The notes beneath the pieces are model-generated. The model saw only the letters and a list, made by a program, of their open reading frames with translations, was not told the DNA's origin and did no database searches. Of a stretch of 64,000 bases of DNA, positions 39,530 through 48,732 are shown piece by piece. Source of the stretch: Candidatus Scalinduaceae bacterium (GTDB taxonomy: Bacteria > Planctomycetota > Brocadiia > Brocadiales > Scalinduaceae); contig JBHICG010000007.1 in NCBI GenBank assembly GCA_046759445.1, positions 1-64,000 on the forward strand, in the 5' to 3' direction. The number at the start of each line of letters is the position of its first letter. The first letter of the stretch is position 1. Position numbers and translations under genes: made by a program.

Positions 39530-39995
39530 AGCCCACCGCAAAGCCGCACCCGTCCGAACGGCATGGCCGGGCGGGAAGAGCGCAAAGGAAACCAAAAGTG
39601 ATAAAGGAAGTAGGGGTTCAAAATTTTGAACCCGTACAACAAAATTTTGAATAGGTTAGGTGCTGCAATTGAAGTGCATCGCCATCTTGGGCTAGGGTTG
39701 TTAGAATCAGAAACATAGGGTGGATTAAGCCCCTACAGCTTGCTAGCGCAAGCTAGCAGTGGGGGCGAATCCACCTTTTTATTCGCCAAATCAATCTATT
39801 TTTGGTGGTTTCGGCCTACTCCATTAATCAATTTAAGAAACACTCATACTCTCAGAGATGACGGATAAGTGGAAAGAACATAGTGCATCACATGTTGGTC
39901 ATTGGCAATTCCGCTGTTCCGGAATTGCTTAGGTGATTATGCCTGTCCTTCGGACAGATAAGAAGAATCACACCCCGACTCCGATCGGGAATCTA
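39530..39995. repeat. Cluster of nested palindromic elements after the Mrp operon
   Basis: 27-nt module at 39549-39575, ~90-bp repeat at 39610-39704, GTAG REP at 39715-39775, GTCA REP at 39933-39994. Confidence 0.8.
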
Positions 39996-40098
39996 TTTTC
40001 GGGTCTAAATAAAGCTAAGAAAGTAAAGTTTAATAGCTTTAGTAACAAAATATGTTTTGAAACTAAGTTTTAAACTTTTATAATATAAACAAAATCAA

Positions 40099-41097
40099 AT
40101 GAGTACAAAAAAGGTTTTTATTACAATTGGAATTGCTTTTTCTATCTTTCTGATGACCCTTCCACTTGTAAGTTACAGATTCCTTAAAGACGCAGTAGAA
40201 GCTGAAGTTTTCAATCATTTAGTTACGGTCAGAGAGTTGTTGAAAAGTCAGATAGAAGGTTATTTCCAGGACAGGTTTGGAGACGTAGACGTCCTTGCAA
40301 GCAATCCCGTAACCGGACAGGGTTTTTCCAGATTGTCAAGGGCTTTTAGCGACTCCGGTCTGGGCGGTTCACAATATATTAAGTTAGCAGGTCTTTATCA
40401 GCCGCTGATGGAACATTATTTAACTGATTACGGTTACGTGAACATATATTTTGTTGACAAAGATGGTGATGTAATGTTTTCTGCAATAAGAGAGGAGTTT
40501 ACGGGATCTAATTTACTTACTGGAAGATATAAACAATTCAGTATTGGCCAGGTTTTCGCTCGCGGTTTAGATGAAGTGGCGTTTGAGGACTATACATGGA
40601 ATGAAGAGATGCAGGAATTTACTTCTTACTTTGCCGCACCAGTATACGATGGACAAATGTTATTGGGTGTATTGGTAATAGAAATCCCTTTCTCTCATTT
40701 AGATGCTATTATGACTAACAGAGCAGGCCTGGGAGAAACGGGAGAAATGTACCTGGTAGGTTTCGATGGCTATATGAGATCGAATTCCAGGTTTGTTGAA
40801 GAACCAACCATACTTCAGAAAGAAGTAGATACAAAAGCAACAAGGGAGGCATTAAACGGAATCGTTGGAAAGAAGATAATAAAGAATTATCGAGGTGTTT
40901 CGGTATTAAGTGCGTATACAGCGTTAGATCTTAAATTTGTTAATTGGGCACTCCTGGTCGAGATTGACGAAAAAGAGGCGTTTGCCGCCGTTAATACGGT
41001 AGAAAGAAGAGTTATAATACTTGGATCCTTAATTGCGAGTATAACTTTTCTGTTCATCTATTTAGTAAATAGAAGAAGGAATCAACAAATACTCTAA
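40099..41097 (+). CDS. Cache-domain membrane protein without a cytoplasmic output domain
   Basis: TM, YGYVNIYFVDKDGDVMFS, GLGETGEMYLVGFDGYMRSNSRF, WALLVEIDEKEAF, TM, stop. Confidence 0.85.
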   Translation: MSTKKVFITIGIAFSIFLMTLPLVSYRFLKDAVEAEVFNHLVTVRELLKSQIEGYFQDRFGDVDVLASNPVTGQGFSRLSRAFSDSGLGGSQYIKLAGLYQPLMEHYLTDYGYVNIYFVDKDGDVMFSAIREEFTGSNLLTGRYKQFSIGQVFARGLDEVAFEDYTWNEEMQEFTSYFAAPVYDGQMLLGVLVIEIPFSHLDAIMTNRAGLGETGEMYLVGFDGYMRSNSRFVEEPTILQKEVDTKATREALNGIVGKKIIKNYRGVSVLSAYTALDLKFVNWALLVEIDEKEAFAAVNTVERRVIILGSLIASITFLFIYLVNRRRNQQIL

Positions 41098-41156
41098 GAA
41101 TCTTTAGAAGAATCCAAACCCTGATTCATAATTGTGGTGTATTCAGATGTTCCTCA

Positions 41157-42539
41157 TCACATGCCCATTGTCACTAACCGCCAGGTAAAGATACTTGCAA
41201 CGTAACCCAGGGCAATAACAGGTGACCATTTTAGATGAGACAAAAATGTGTAATTTTCACGGCTAATACCCATCACAGCCACGCCTGCCGCCGAACCTAT
41301 CGATAGCAAACTGCCCCCCACACCAGCGGTTAAGGTTACGAGGAGCCACTGATCTACTCCCATTGTCAGGTCCATATTTAAGACTGCATACATAATGGGG
41401 ATATTGTCAACAACAGCAGAAAGTATCCCTACTGCCGTGTTTGCAGAAGTATATCCCATGAATTCATAAAAGCCTCCTCCCACGAGGCTGAGATAGCCGA
41501 CGTACGACAATGCCCCCACAGCAGTCAGAACGCCAAAGAAGAAAAGTAAGGTATCAAATTCCACCTGCTCCACTGATTTGAAAAACTCATAGCGGGAAAC
41601 CTTACGTCTTTCCTCTTCAAGGCATAATTTTTTTAAAAATCTCTTCTCTCCCCACTTTATCATGTAGTACTGCGCAAACATAAGATATCCTAAACCGGTC
41701 ATCATACCTAAAAAAGGAGGAAGGTCTAGAAACTGGTGAAAAGAGACCGCTGTAGCAATCGTTAGTGCGAAGAAAAGCATACACCTTTTGGCTCCCGGTT
41801 TCATTGCAATGATTTCCTTTGCGCCAGAGGGTTTCCCCTTTGGAAGAAAAAGGCTCATGATAAATGCCGGGATGAACCAGTTAACAATAGACGGAATCAT
41901 CAGAAAAGCAAATTTAACAGTCTCCACCTTTCCGGACGTCCATACCATCAGTGTAGTAATATCTCCAAAAGGGCTCCAGGCGCCGCCGGCGTTGGCAGCA
42001 ACTATGATATTGACAAATGCCGGTACGATAAACTTCCTGTTACCGTCACTTACCGCAAGTGCTACTGTTGACATAAGCAGGGCACTGGTCAAATTGTCTG
42101 CAAGGGGGGACAGGAAAAAGGTTATTATTCCAGTAGCCCAAAAGAGTGATCTAAAGCCCAACCCTTTAGACAGCAACCAGGCGCGCAGGGCCTGAAACAC
42201 ATTTAAAGAACTGAGTGTATTAATATATGTCATAGCAACCAGGAGGAAGAAAAAGAGTGCTCCAATCTCTGAAATAAGATGCTCAACAAATTCGAGAGCT
42301 CCTCCTTCATGCCTCACCTCAAAATGGACCGTACTGCCTTCTTTATAAGAATATATACTGGCGTGCTTTGCCTCATGTTTTATCTCATAAATACCAATAA
42401 GCAGCCACATGAGGCAACCTATCAATACAACTGGCTTGGATTTCTTTAAATGAATCTTTTCCTCAAAAACGACAAGAAGATAGGCAATTATGAATAAAAT
42501 AAGTGTTAAGTATCCTACCCACGTATTAATTAAGTTCAT
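41157..42539 (-). CDS. nhaD: Na+/H+ antiporter NhaD
   Basis: SPLADNLTSAL, AANAGGAWSPFGDITTLMVW, DNIP, GGSLLSIGSAAGV. Confidence 0.94.
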   Translation of the reverse strand: MNLINTWVGYLTLILFIIAYLLVVFEEKIHLKKSKPVVLIGCLMWLLIGIYEIKHEAKHASIYSYKEGSTVHFEVRHEGGALEFVEHLISEIGALFFFLLVAMTYINTLSSLNVFQALRAWLLSKGLGFRSLFWATGIITFFLSPLADNLTSALLMSTVALAVSDGNRKFIVPAFVNIIVAANAGGAWSPFGDITTLMVWTSGKVETVKFAFLMIPSIVNWFIPAFIMSLFLPKGKPSGAKEIIAMKPGAKRCMLFFALTIATAVSFHQFLDLPPFLGMMTGLGYLMFAQYYMIKWGEKRFLKKLCLEEERRKVSRYEFFKSVEQVEFDTLLFFFGVLTAVGALSYVGYLSLVGGGFYEFMGYTSANTAVGILSAVVDNIPIMYAVLNMDLTMGVDQWLLVTLTAGVGGSLLSIGSAAGVAVMGISRENYTFLSHLKWSPVIALGYVASIFTWRLVTMGM

Positions 42540-42659
42540 TGATTATCATCCTTTTTTCAATCGCAAGTGATTCTATAATATATACTGAATTTCCTATTTT
42601 GTTTATTGATAGGATAAAATTATCAAAATATTATTAAATAATTGTCAAATATCAACCAG

Positions 42660-42790
42660 GTAATAGTTCACCGCAAAGGCACAAAGAAAAAACAAATTTT
42701 TGTTATAGGGGTTCAAAATTTTGAATCCCTACTTTCTAAAAAATAATAACTTTGCGTCATCTGCGTCTTTGCGGTGGTCTGAACTGTTAC
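42660..42790. mobile_element. 131-bp composite: TIRs enclosing an inverted cgcaaag array enclosing a GTAG REP
   Basis: gtaatagttca/tgaactgttac (10/11); caccgcaaag...ctttgcggtg; ataggggttcaaaattttgaatccctac. Confidence 0.75.
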
Positions 42791-42868
42791 ACAATCCGCT
42801 CATATGGTGATTAGTACAAATATTTTATGCTTTGGGTTTAATTAATTAGTCAGTAAACATATAACGGG

Positions 42869-43291
42869 TTAAGTAGATTCAGGGCGTATGACTAACATGG
42901 GATGGGTGGCGTTACGTAAAACACGGTCGGTGACGCTGCCATAGAACAGGCGGTCGAGGCCGGACCAGCCGTGTGTCGCCATTGCTATCAAGTCTACTTT
43001 TTCGTCCTCGGCCACGCTCAGAATAGTCTTGACGGGGTCGCCCTCTTTGATCAGTGTACGTACCTTTACGCCATCCTCTGTGAGGGCGGACGCTTTTTCC
43101 GTTAGGTAGCGATGTGCCTTTTCACAGCTTTCACCTTTGTCGAAATCCCCGAGGGTGGCGTCTCTCCCGGCGACAACCTGCAACAAAATCACCTCTGCGC
43201 TGAACTGACGACCCATCGCCTGGGCATGAGGCAGTATGCTTTCGGACAGGGACGAACCGTCTAGTGTCACAAGAATTTTCTTATATGTCAT
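42869..43291 (-). CDS. Universal stress protein (UspA family)
   Basis: KILVTLDGS, DLIAMATHGWSG, YGSVTDRVLR, LVIRP. Confidence 0.93.
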   Translation of the reverse strand: MTYKKILVTLDGSSLSESILPHAQAMGRQFSAEVILLQVVAGRDATLGDFDKGESCEKAHRYLTEKASALTEDGVKVRTLIKEGDPVKTILSVAEDEKVDLIAMATHGWSGLDRLFYGSVTDRVLRNATHPMLVIRPEST

Positions 43292-43578
43292 TAGGCTCTC
43301 TCAAGATGCTAAGGAATTGCTTTTTTATATGTGTGCACATTAAAGCAAAATATCACAGGATTGCAACTATTTTTCTCAAATTTTACACAAAATTGTTTTT
43401 CTCAGTTCATAAAAAGAATGGTAAAAAGGTAATATCATAGCATTATCCTAACCTGGACAAGCCAGAACCAAACAGGAGATTAATAAATTACAATATACAA
43501 TTACAAAATCATAACTAATGTTCAAATCATTTGTTTCATTTTTTTGTTTTGATCATTCGGTGTACTGCACCCCTTTTA

Positions 43579-44360
43579 TCAAGCAGCAAATTTTGTAGTA
43601 CATGATAATTGTTCTTTTTCAAATTGTTCTGGTGTTTTATAGTTTAACGAAGAATGTGGAAAATCTGTGTTGTATTTAACTATCCAAGCATTAAGATCAT
43701 CTTCAAGTTGAAACGGTGATTTCCATTCTTTAATCCAGATAAGATCTTCTTTTATGGTACGCATGACTCGTTCAGTGTCAGCATTGCCTTTTGGGTTATT
43801 GTAACAGGTAAATATTTGCTTAATCTCTAACGCTGAACACTCTTTCATAAACTTTTGTGAAGTTGGTTGAGATCCGTTGTCTGATATAAGAGACAGATCT
43901 TTGTTCTTTGATAATATCCCATTGGGAAACTGGTTGTTCACTGCATGATTAAGAGCTTCGAGCCAATCATCTGCTCTGGAATGCGTCTTTAGTGAGTATC
44001 CGACAATCTTTTTAGAATGCCAGTCCAGGACAACAACCAGGTACAACCTCCAAAGGAACTAACCATGACTTTGGTCATATCAATGCCCCAGTATTGGTTA
44101 GGTCTTGTAGCACGCGGTTTGCTCCTATGAGGAGCGTTTGCGCGTATGGCCTTAAGCCGGGTATTGGGTTTAACAAGAAGATTATGTTTCTTCACAAGCA
44201 GGTATACACGCTTGTGATTAAGTACAATATTTTGCCTGTATTTAAGATATGCCCACACTCGTCTATAGCCCCAAAAGGGATGTTCCGCTTTAATATTTAA
44301 TATCACGAATACGGGAGAGTATTTCTTCATTTCGCTTTTGCACTTTCATAGATTCTCTCC
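43579..44360 (-). pseudogene. IS3-family transposase orfB (DDE integrase core), frameshifted
   Basis: WGYRRV, PNQYWGIDMT, SDNGSQ, NADTERVMRTIKE, PHSSLNYKTP, split across frames. Confidence 0.9.
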
Positions 44361-44399
44361 TTCCCCCTAAAGGGGCCTACTTCTGGTAATTCGTATTCG

Positions 44400-44658
44400 C
44401 TTTTTTTTAATTCAACGGTTAAATCAGCTATTATGCGTTTAAGTCTTTGTTTTCTTCGACCAAACGACGTTCTTTTTTAGATTTCTTCGTGGTATCAAAG
44501 ATTTCATGAGATTTAGTTTGAAATTCATTGAGCCAATAATAGTATTGACTTTGTGTTATTTGATGCCGATTGCAGAGCTCGGCAAGCGGGATTTTGTTCT
44601 GGAGGGACTCCAGAACAATCTTAGCTTTAGTCTTTGAGTCCCATTTACGATATTTCAT
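44400..44658 (-). pseudogene. IS3-family orfA (HTH), frameshifted near its end
   Basis: RKWDSKTKAKIVLE...ELCNRHQITQSQYYYW; continues LKRIIADLTVELKK in another frame, ending at an A8G run. Confidence 0.85.
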
Positions 44659-44825
44659 AATGCCCCCTTTCTTAAGTATGATGTTATTATAGAGTAAAAT
44701 ACTCTAAAATTACACCTGCTTACTTAATGGGGTGCAGTATATCGGACATTGTAATTTGAAATTTGTTTGCTATTTGGAATTTGTTATTTGGTGCTTATCA
44801 GATATCATACAAAGCTTAATAAATA

Positions 44826-44880
44826 AATATTTTGCCCCCTCTGCTATCTTGTGATAACAAGATGAGGGGGTCAAAATATT
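44826..44880. terminator. Strong hairpin, likely terminator of the 44900-46351 gene
   Basis: aatattttg-ccccctc..atcttgt/acaagat..gaggggg-caaaatatt followed by a T run. Confidence 0.6.
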
Positions 44881-44899
44881 TTTACTAAGAGACTATCGA

Positions 44900-46351
44900 T
44901 CAGTAGGATTCTTTAAATGCTATCTCATATCTAGCAATATCAAAAGGGCGTACACCAGTAATTATTTCTTCGAAAGGCTTTATGTCACCACTCTTAAGCC
45001 GCCTGACTGAGAAATCAAGATTCGTGATCATACCGTAATCCTTGCTATATACTTTCATGACGAACGAAGCAATACGAGAGTCGTTTTCTGAATTATTTTT
45101 GATCTCTCCTGTCACAGTAGACGAAGAACCAAAGCTGGTAAAAAAAACCCTCCTTACATAAAAACCACCACCGACATTTTCGAAACCTTCCAATTCCCTT
45201 GAGGTTTTTTTCTCAACGGATTTTTCTTCTTCAATTTGAGGTTGTTTCACTGTAGTTTCTGCCATTGCAACCTCAAACTTTCTTTCAATTATTTTTATTC
45301 CCTCTTCACCCATAGCTGGTGTTAATGGCATTTCAGCAAAAAAGACAGTATATTTAGCAATTTTTTTTGGTTCTACCCCTACTATTATCTCTTCAAATGT
45401 CTCCGTACTATCCTTTCTAAAACTACGAATGGTGAACCCATGACCTCCCAAAATGACATTTTCTTCATTATAGGCCTGAACCTTAAAATCTATCATACCG
45501 TAGCTTCTGTCAGATTTATTCATTATTTCGCCACTTATGAGTGAAGAAGAACCAAACGGTTTAAACTCAACGTTTTTGATAAAAAACCCTTTTCCTATAT
45601 CTGTAAAGCCCTTCGTTTCAGAAATTTCTTCTTTAGGGGCTTCCGAAACTGCAACCTTTTCTTTTATTTCAGCTTTGGGCTCTTTATCAATTATTTCCTC
45701 TTTCCTTTGGACTATCGTTCCTGATTCCAAATTGGCTATTCTAGTGTTTAATCCTTCAATATCCTTTGCTAAAGATTCGAGGGGAGTTGCCGCCTGCTTC
45801 TTAAAACCCTCTTCTATTGCCAGAAGCATTTTTTCCTGCTCATCCAATCTATTCGCTAGATTATTGATAACCTCTCTCTGTTCATCCATAGCTACTATCA
45901 TGGTTTCTAATGGTTTCTGAGCCGTTGCATATATCTTCTCAAGTACAGCAGTTTTAACCTCCTGATCCTCTAATCTCTTTGCCATCTTAGAAAATCTCTT
46001 CTTAAATACATTCAAAGTTCCTTCATATGTTTTTAGGATATCGCTCACTCCTGACACTGAACCCATTTTCTCAACTTTTTCAACCTTAGCATTGAGGTTG
46101 GTTAGTAATATTTCTATGTTAGAAAGACTTTCATTAACATTTGTCAGTTGTTTGTCTGTAGCCTCATGATTTTTCTCAAGGGCTGAAAATCTTTGCTCCA
46201 GCTTATTAAAATTTGCCACCCACTCAGTTAATGATTTTTCAAAGTTTCTTAAATCCTCTAACATACTAGCATCTGAAGAACTATTAGCACCAAACAGAAC
46301 GAGAATCAAAATACCAATAGTAATAAGTTTCATCATATTACCATGCTCCAA
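44900..46351 (-). CDS. Secreted coiled-coil protein with two tandem FxLYD-like C-terminal domains
   Basis: Signal peptide, long heptad region, two ~95-aa repeats (GFxxVGxGFxxxxVxFxxFGSSSxxxGEIxNxS...FEEIIxGVxPxxIAxY). Confidence 0.8.
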   Translation of the reverse strand: MEHGNMMKLITIGILILVLFGANSSSDASMLEDLRNFEKSLTEWVANFNKLEQRFSALEKNHEATDKQLTNVNESLSNIEILLTNLNAKVEKVEKMGSVSGVSDILKTYEGTLNVFKKRFSKMAKRLEDQEVKTAVLEKIYATAQKPLETMIVAMDEQREVINNLANRLDEQEKMLLAIEEGFKKQAATPLESLAKDIEGLNTRIANLESGTIVQRKEEIIDKEPKAEIKEKVAVSEAPKEEISETKGFTDIGKGFFIKNVEFKPFGSSSLISGEIMNKSDRSYGMIDFKVQAYNEENVILGGHGFTIRSFRKDSTETFEEIIVGVEPKKIAKYTVFFAEMPLTPAMGEEGIKIIERKFEVAMAETTVKQPQIEEEKSVEKKTSRELEGFENVGGGFYVRRVFFTSFGSSSTVTGEIKNNSENDSRIASFVMKVYSKDYGMITNLDFSVRRLKSGDIKPFEEIITGVRPFDIARYEIAFKESY

Positions 46352-46385
46352 AAGTATTTAATTTAAAAAAACAATATTATATAAT

Positions 46386-47966
46386 CTAAAATTTTAACAT
46401 ATATGCTGCCGTAATACACTCAATGTTTTCTATTGATAAGATAGTTTCCTGAGGAACTACAGCATTAACATTTAGGACTATTATTGCCCCACCTCCACTC
46501 TCTTTCGTACCAAACGACATATGCTCGATGTTAATATTCTGATCGCCTAATATTTTACCAATTATTCCTATCAAACCTGGCTTATCCTGCCCAAATAAGA
46601 TTAGGACATGGCCTGTCGGATTCATGTCAACACGATAACCATTTATTGTTTCTATTCTAGATTCTTCATTTTTAAAAATAGTACCTGCAACAGATCTTTC
46701 GCCATCACCAGTATTAATCTTAGCGAAAACAAGATTCGTGTAATCCTCTGTAGCGCTACTAATAATTTCATTAATTTCTATTCCTCTTTCATTAGCCTTC
46801 AGTCGAGCATTTACAATATTTACGTCCTCTTCTAAAACATGCTTCAACAACCCTGCCAACAAACTATCTGTTAGGGGGTGTATGTTACTCTTGGAAACTT
46901 CACCGCTATATTGAATGTCAAGCGATTTTAACCTGCCTCTTACTAACTGAATTAAAAGAGAACCCATTTTTTCTGTCAGTAACATATAAGGTTTAAGCTG
47001 CTGAAATTCTTCCGGACCTTGAACGGGCATATTAACCACATTTCTTATGTTTTTACCAATCAATGCATCAGCCATTTGTTCTGCCGCATCTTTAGCTACT
47101 GCATGCTGAGCCTCTTCTGTTAGCGCTCCAAGATGTGGTGTTGGAAGGACATTGTCAAGCTTTAACAGTTTATTATTTACTGGTGGTTCCTTCTCAAAAA
47201 CATCAATAGCTGCCCCGGCAACCTTACCATTCATAATTGCATCATAAAGCGCATCTTCTGACATTATGCCACCTCGCGCACAATTTATTATTCTTACTCC
47301 ACTTTTCATTAGAGCAAATTCACGAGTCGCAATTAGGTTTCTTGTCTCGTTTCTCAGAGGAACATGCAAAGATATATAATCAGACTGTCCCAATAGCTCA
47401 TCAAGATTTTTAACCTGATGAATATTCCATTTGGAAATTGTTTCAGACGAAATAAAGGGATCGTAACCTATTACCCTCATTTCTAGCGCTAATCCTCGTT
47501 TTGCCACCTCTTTCCCAATCCTGCCTAATCCAACTACACCGAGGACTTTTCCAGAAATTTGAAAACCGATAAATTTTTTACGTTCCCATTTTCCTTCACG
47601 AACAGAATTACAAGCTTGAGGTATGTTTCTTGACAAAGCTAATAGAAGCGTAATTGTATGCTCAGCGGTAGATGTTGCATTTCCCCCAGGGGTATTCATA
47701 ACCATGATCCCCTTTTTTGTTGCAGCAGATACATCTACATTATCAACTCCAACTCCTGCTCGACATATTGCGCGAAGTTTTGTCGCATTTTCAATTACTT
47801 CTGATGTGCTTTTTGTATTGCTCCGAATAATCAGACCATCATACTCACCTATTTCCTTTTTTAACTCTTCCGGTGAGATATCAGGTCTCATAGTTGTCTG
47901 AATGCCAACATTTTCTAAAATAGTTTTACATATATCTGGAAGATTGTCTGTTATTAATACCTTCAT
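46386..47966 (-). CDS. serA: D-3-phosphoglycerate dehydrogenase
   Basis: RAGVGVDNVD, GLGRIG, NCARGG, DVFEKEP, PHLGA, C-terminal ACT domain (DKPGLIG). Confidence 0.96.
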   Translation of the reverse strand: MKVLITDNLPDICKTILENVGIQTTMRPDISPEELKKEIGEYDGLIIRSNTKSTSEVIENATKLRAICRAGVGVDNVDVSAATKKGIMVMNTPGGNATSTAEHTITLLLALSRNIPQACNSVREGKWERKKFIGFQISGKVLGVVGLGRIGKEVAKRGLALEMRVIGYDPFISSETISKWNIHQVKNLDELLGQSDYISLHVPLRNETRNLIATREFALMKSGVRIINCARGGIMSEDALYDAIMNGKVAGAAIDVFEKEPPVNNKLLKLDNVLPTPHLGALTEEAQHAVAKDAAEQMADALIGKNIRNVVNMPVQGPEEFQQLKPYMLLTEKMGSLLIQLVRGRLKSLDIQYSGEVSKSNIHPLTDSLLAGLLKHVLEEDVNIVNARLKANERGIEINEIISSATEDYTNLVFAKINTGDGERSVAGTIFKNEESRIETINGYRVDMNPTGHVLILFGQDKPGLIGIIGKILGDQNINIEHMSFGTKESGGGAIIVLNVNAVVPQETILSIENIECITAAYMLKF

Positions 47967-48236
47967 AATTACTTATACATCCTCATGCTTAATTCTCTTA
48001 GTTTGTAATTTAATTAAGAATATTAACATGCACTTAGGCAGAAATCAAATTCAATCTATTTCCCAAATTCAAACATAGAAATTGAGTAAATCCTTTTAAG
48101 AAAAATTTAGATGCATTTTTTAACTATTGTAAAGGTTTGACATAGATTGGAAAGTTTAAGCGAGGATGACCATCTAAGACACACGGGGAAAAAATAAGAA
48201 CTAGGCTTTTAGTCGTTACTCCCTTGCCTGGAATAG

Positions 48237-48310
<74 letters not shown>

Positions 48311-48454
48311 TACCTATACAGTTTTACATAAACTGAGCGATTTACCATCTGTGCAAAAACCGGGTGAGCGCTCTTGTAGATAGGTTGATTGGAATTTCCC
48401 TTTAACTAAACGCAACCTGAAGTTTTTAACAGTATAGATTGTTAGATTTATGTT

Positions 48455-48483
48455 ATACTATATCAGTAAACATAGTATGTCAA
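48455..48483 (-). promoter_or_regulatory. Sigma70-type promoter for the tRNA-fMet transcript
   Basis: TTGACA-17 nt-TAGTAT on the minus strand. Confidence 0.6.
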
Positions 48484-48559
48484 TTAGAAAATCTACATCG
48501 TCTTCCTTAATGAGGAGCAGTATAAGAGCACATATTAATCACTCTTTTATATTATTCCT

Positions 48560-48679
48560 TTAGTCCATTAGTGTCATTGGCTGCCCACAACACTCTAAGG
48601 TGCCAGCGCCTCCTTCCTTTACGTCAACCACTGCGCCACATATTTCACATTCATATGCTTCACCAGATTCTGTTGGCAT
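48560..48679 (-). CDS. Stand-alone desulforedoxin-type Fe(Cys)4 protein, 39 aa (absent from the ORF track)
   Basis: MPTESGEAYECEICGAVVDVKEGGAGTLECCGQPMTLMD with CxxC...CC; upstream RBS AAGGAG. Confidence 0.9.
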   Translation of the reverse strand: MPTESGEAYECEICGAVVDVKEGGAGTLECCGQPMTLMD

Positions 48680-48732
48680 TGACTATTCTCCTTTCTGTGT
48701 ATAAAATAATATCCAAATGTATCTGGAAGAAA

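Larger units (their letters stand above)
43561..44741 (-). mobile_element. Degenerate IS3-family insertion sequence with 4-bp target duplication
   Basis: TIRs tgtactgcacccc / ggggtgcagtata; TCGG on both sides (43557-43560, 44742-44745); orfA HTH plus DDE orfB. Confidence 0.92.

Noticed and set aside
30872..39995. CRISPR array
   Set aside because: The repeats are palindromic, heterogeneous and irregularly spaced, with no constant repeat-spacer period and no cas genes
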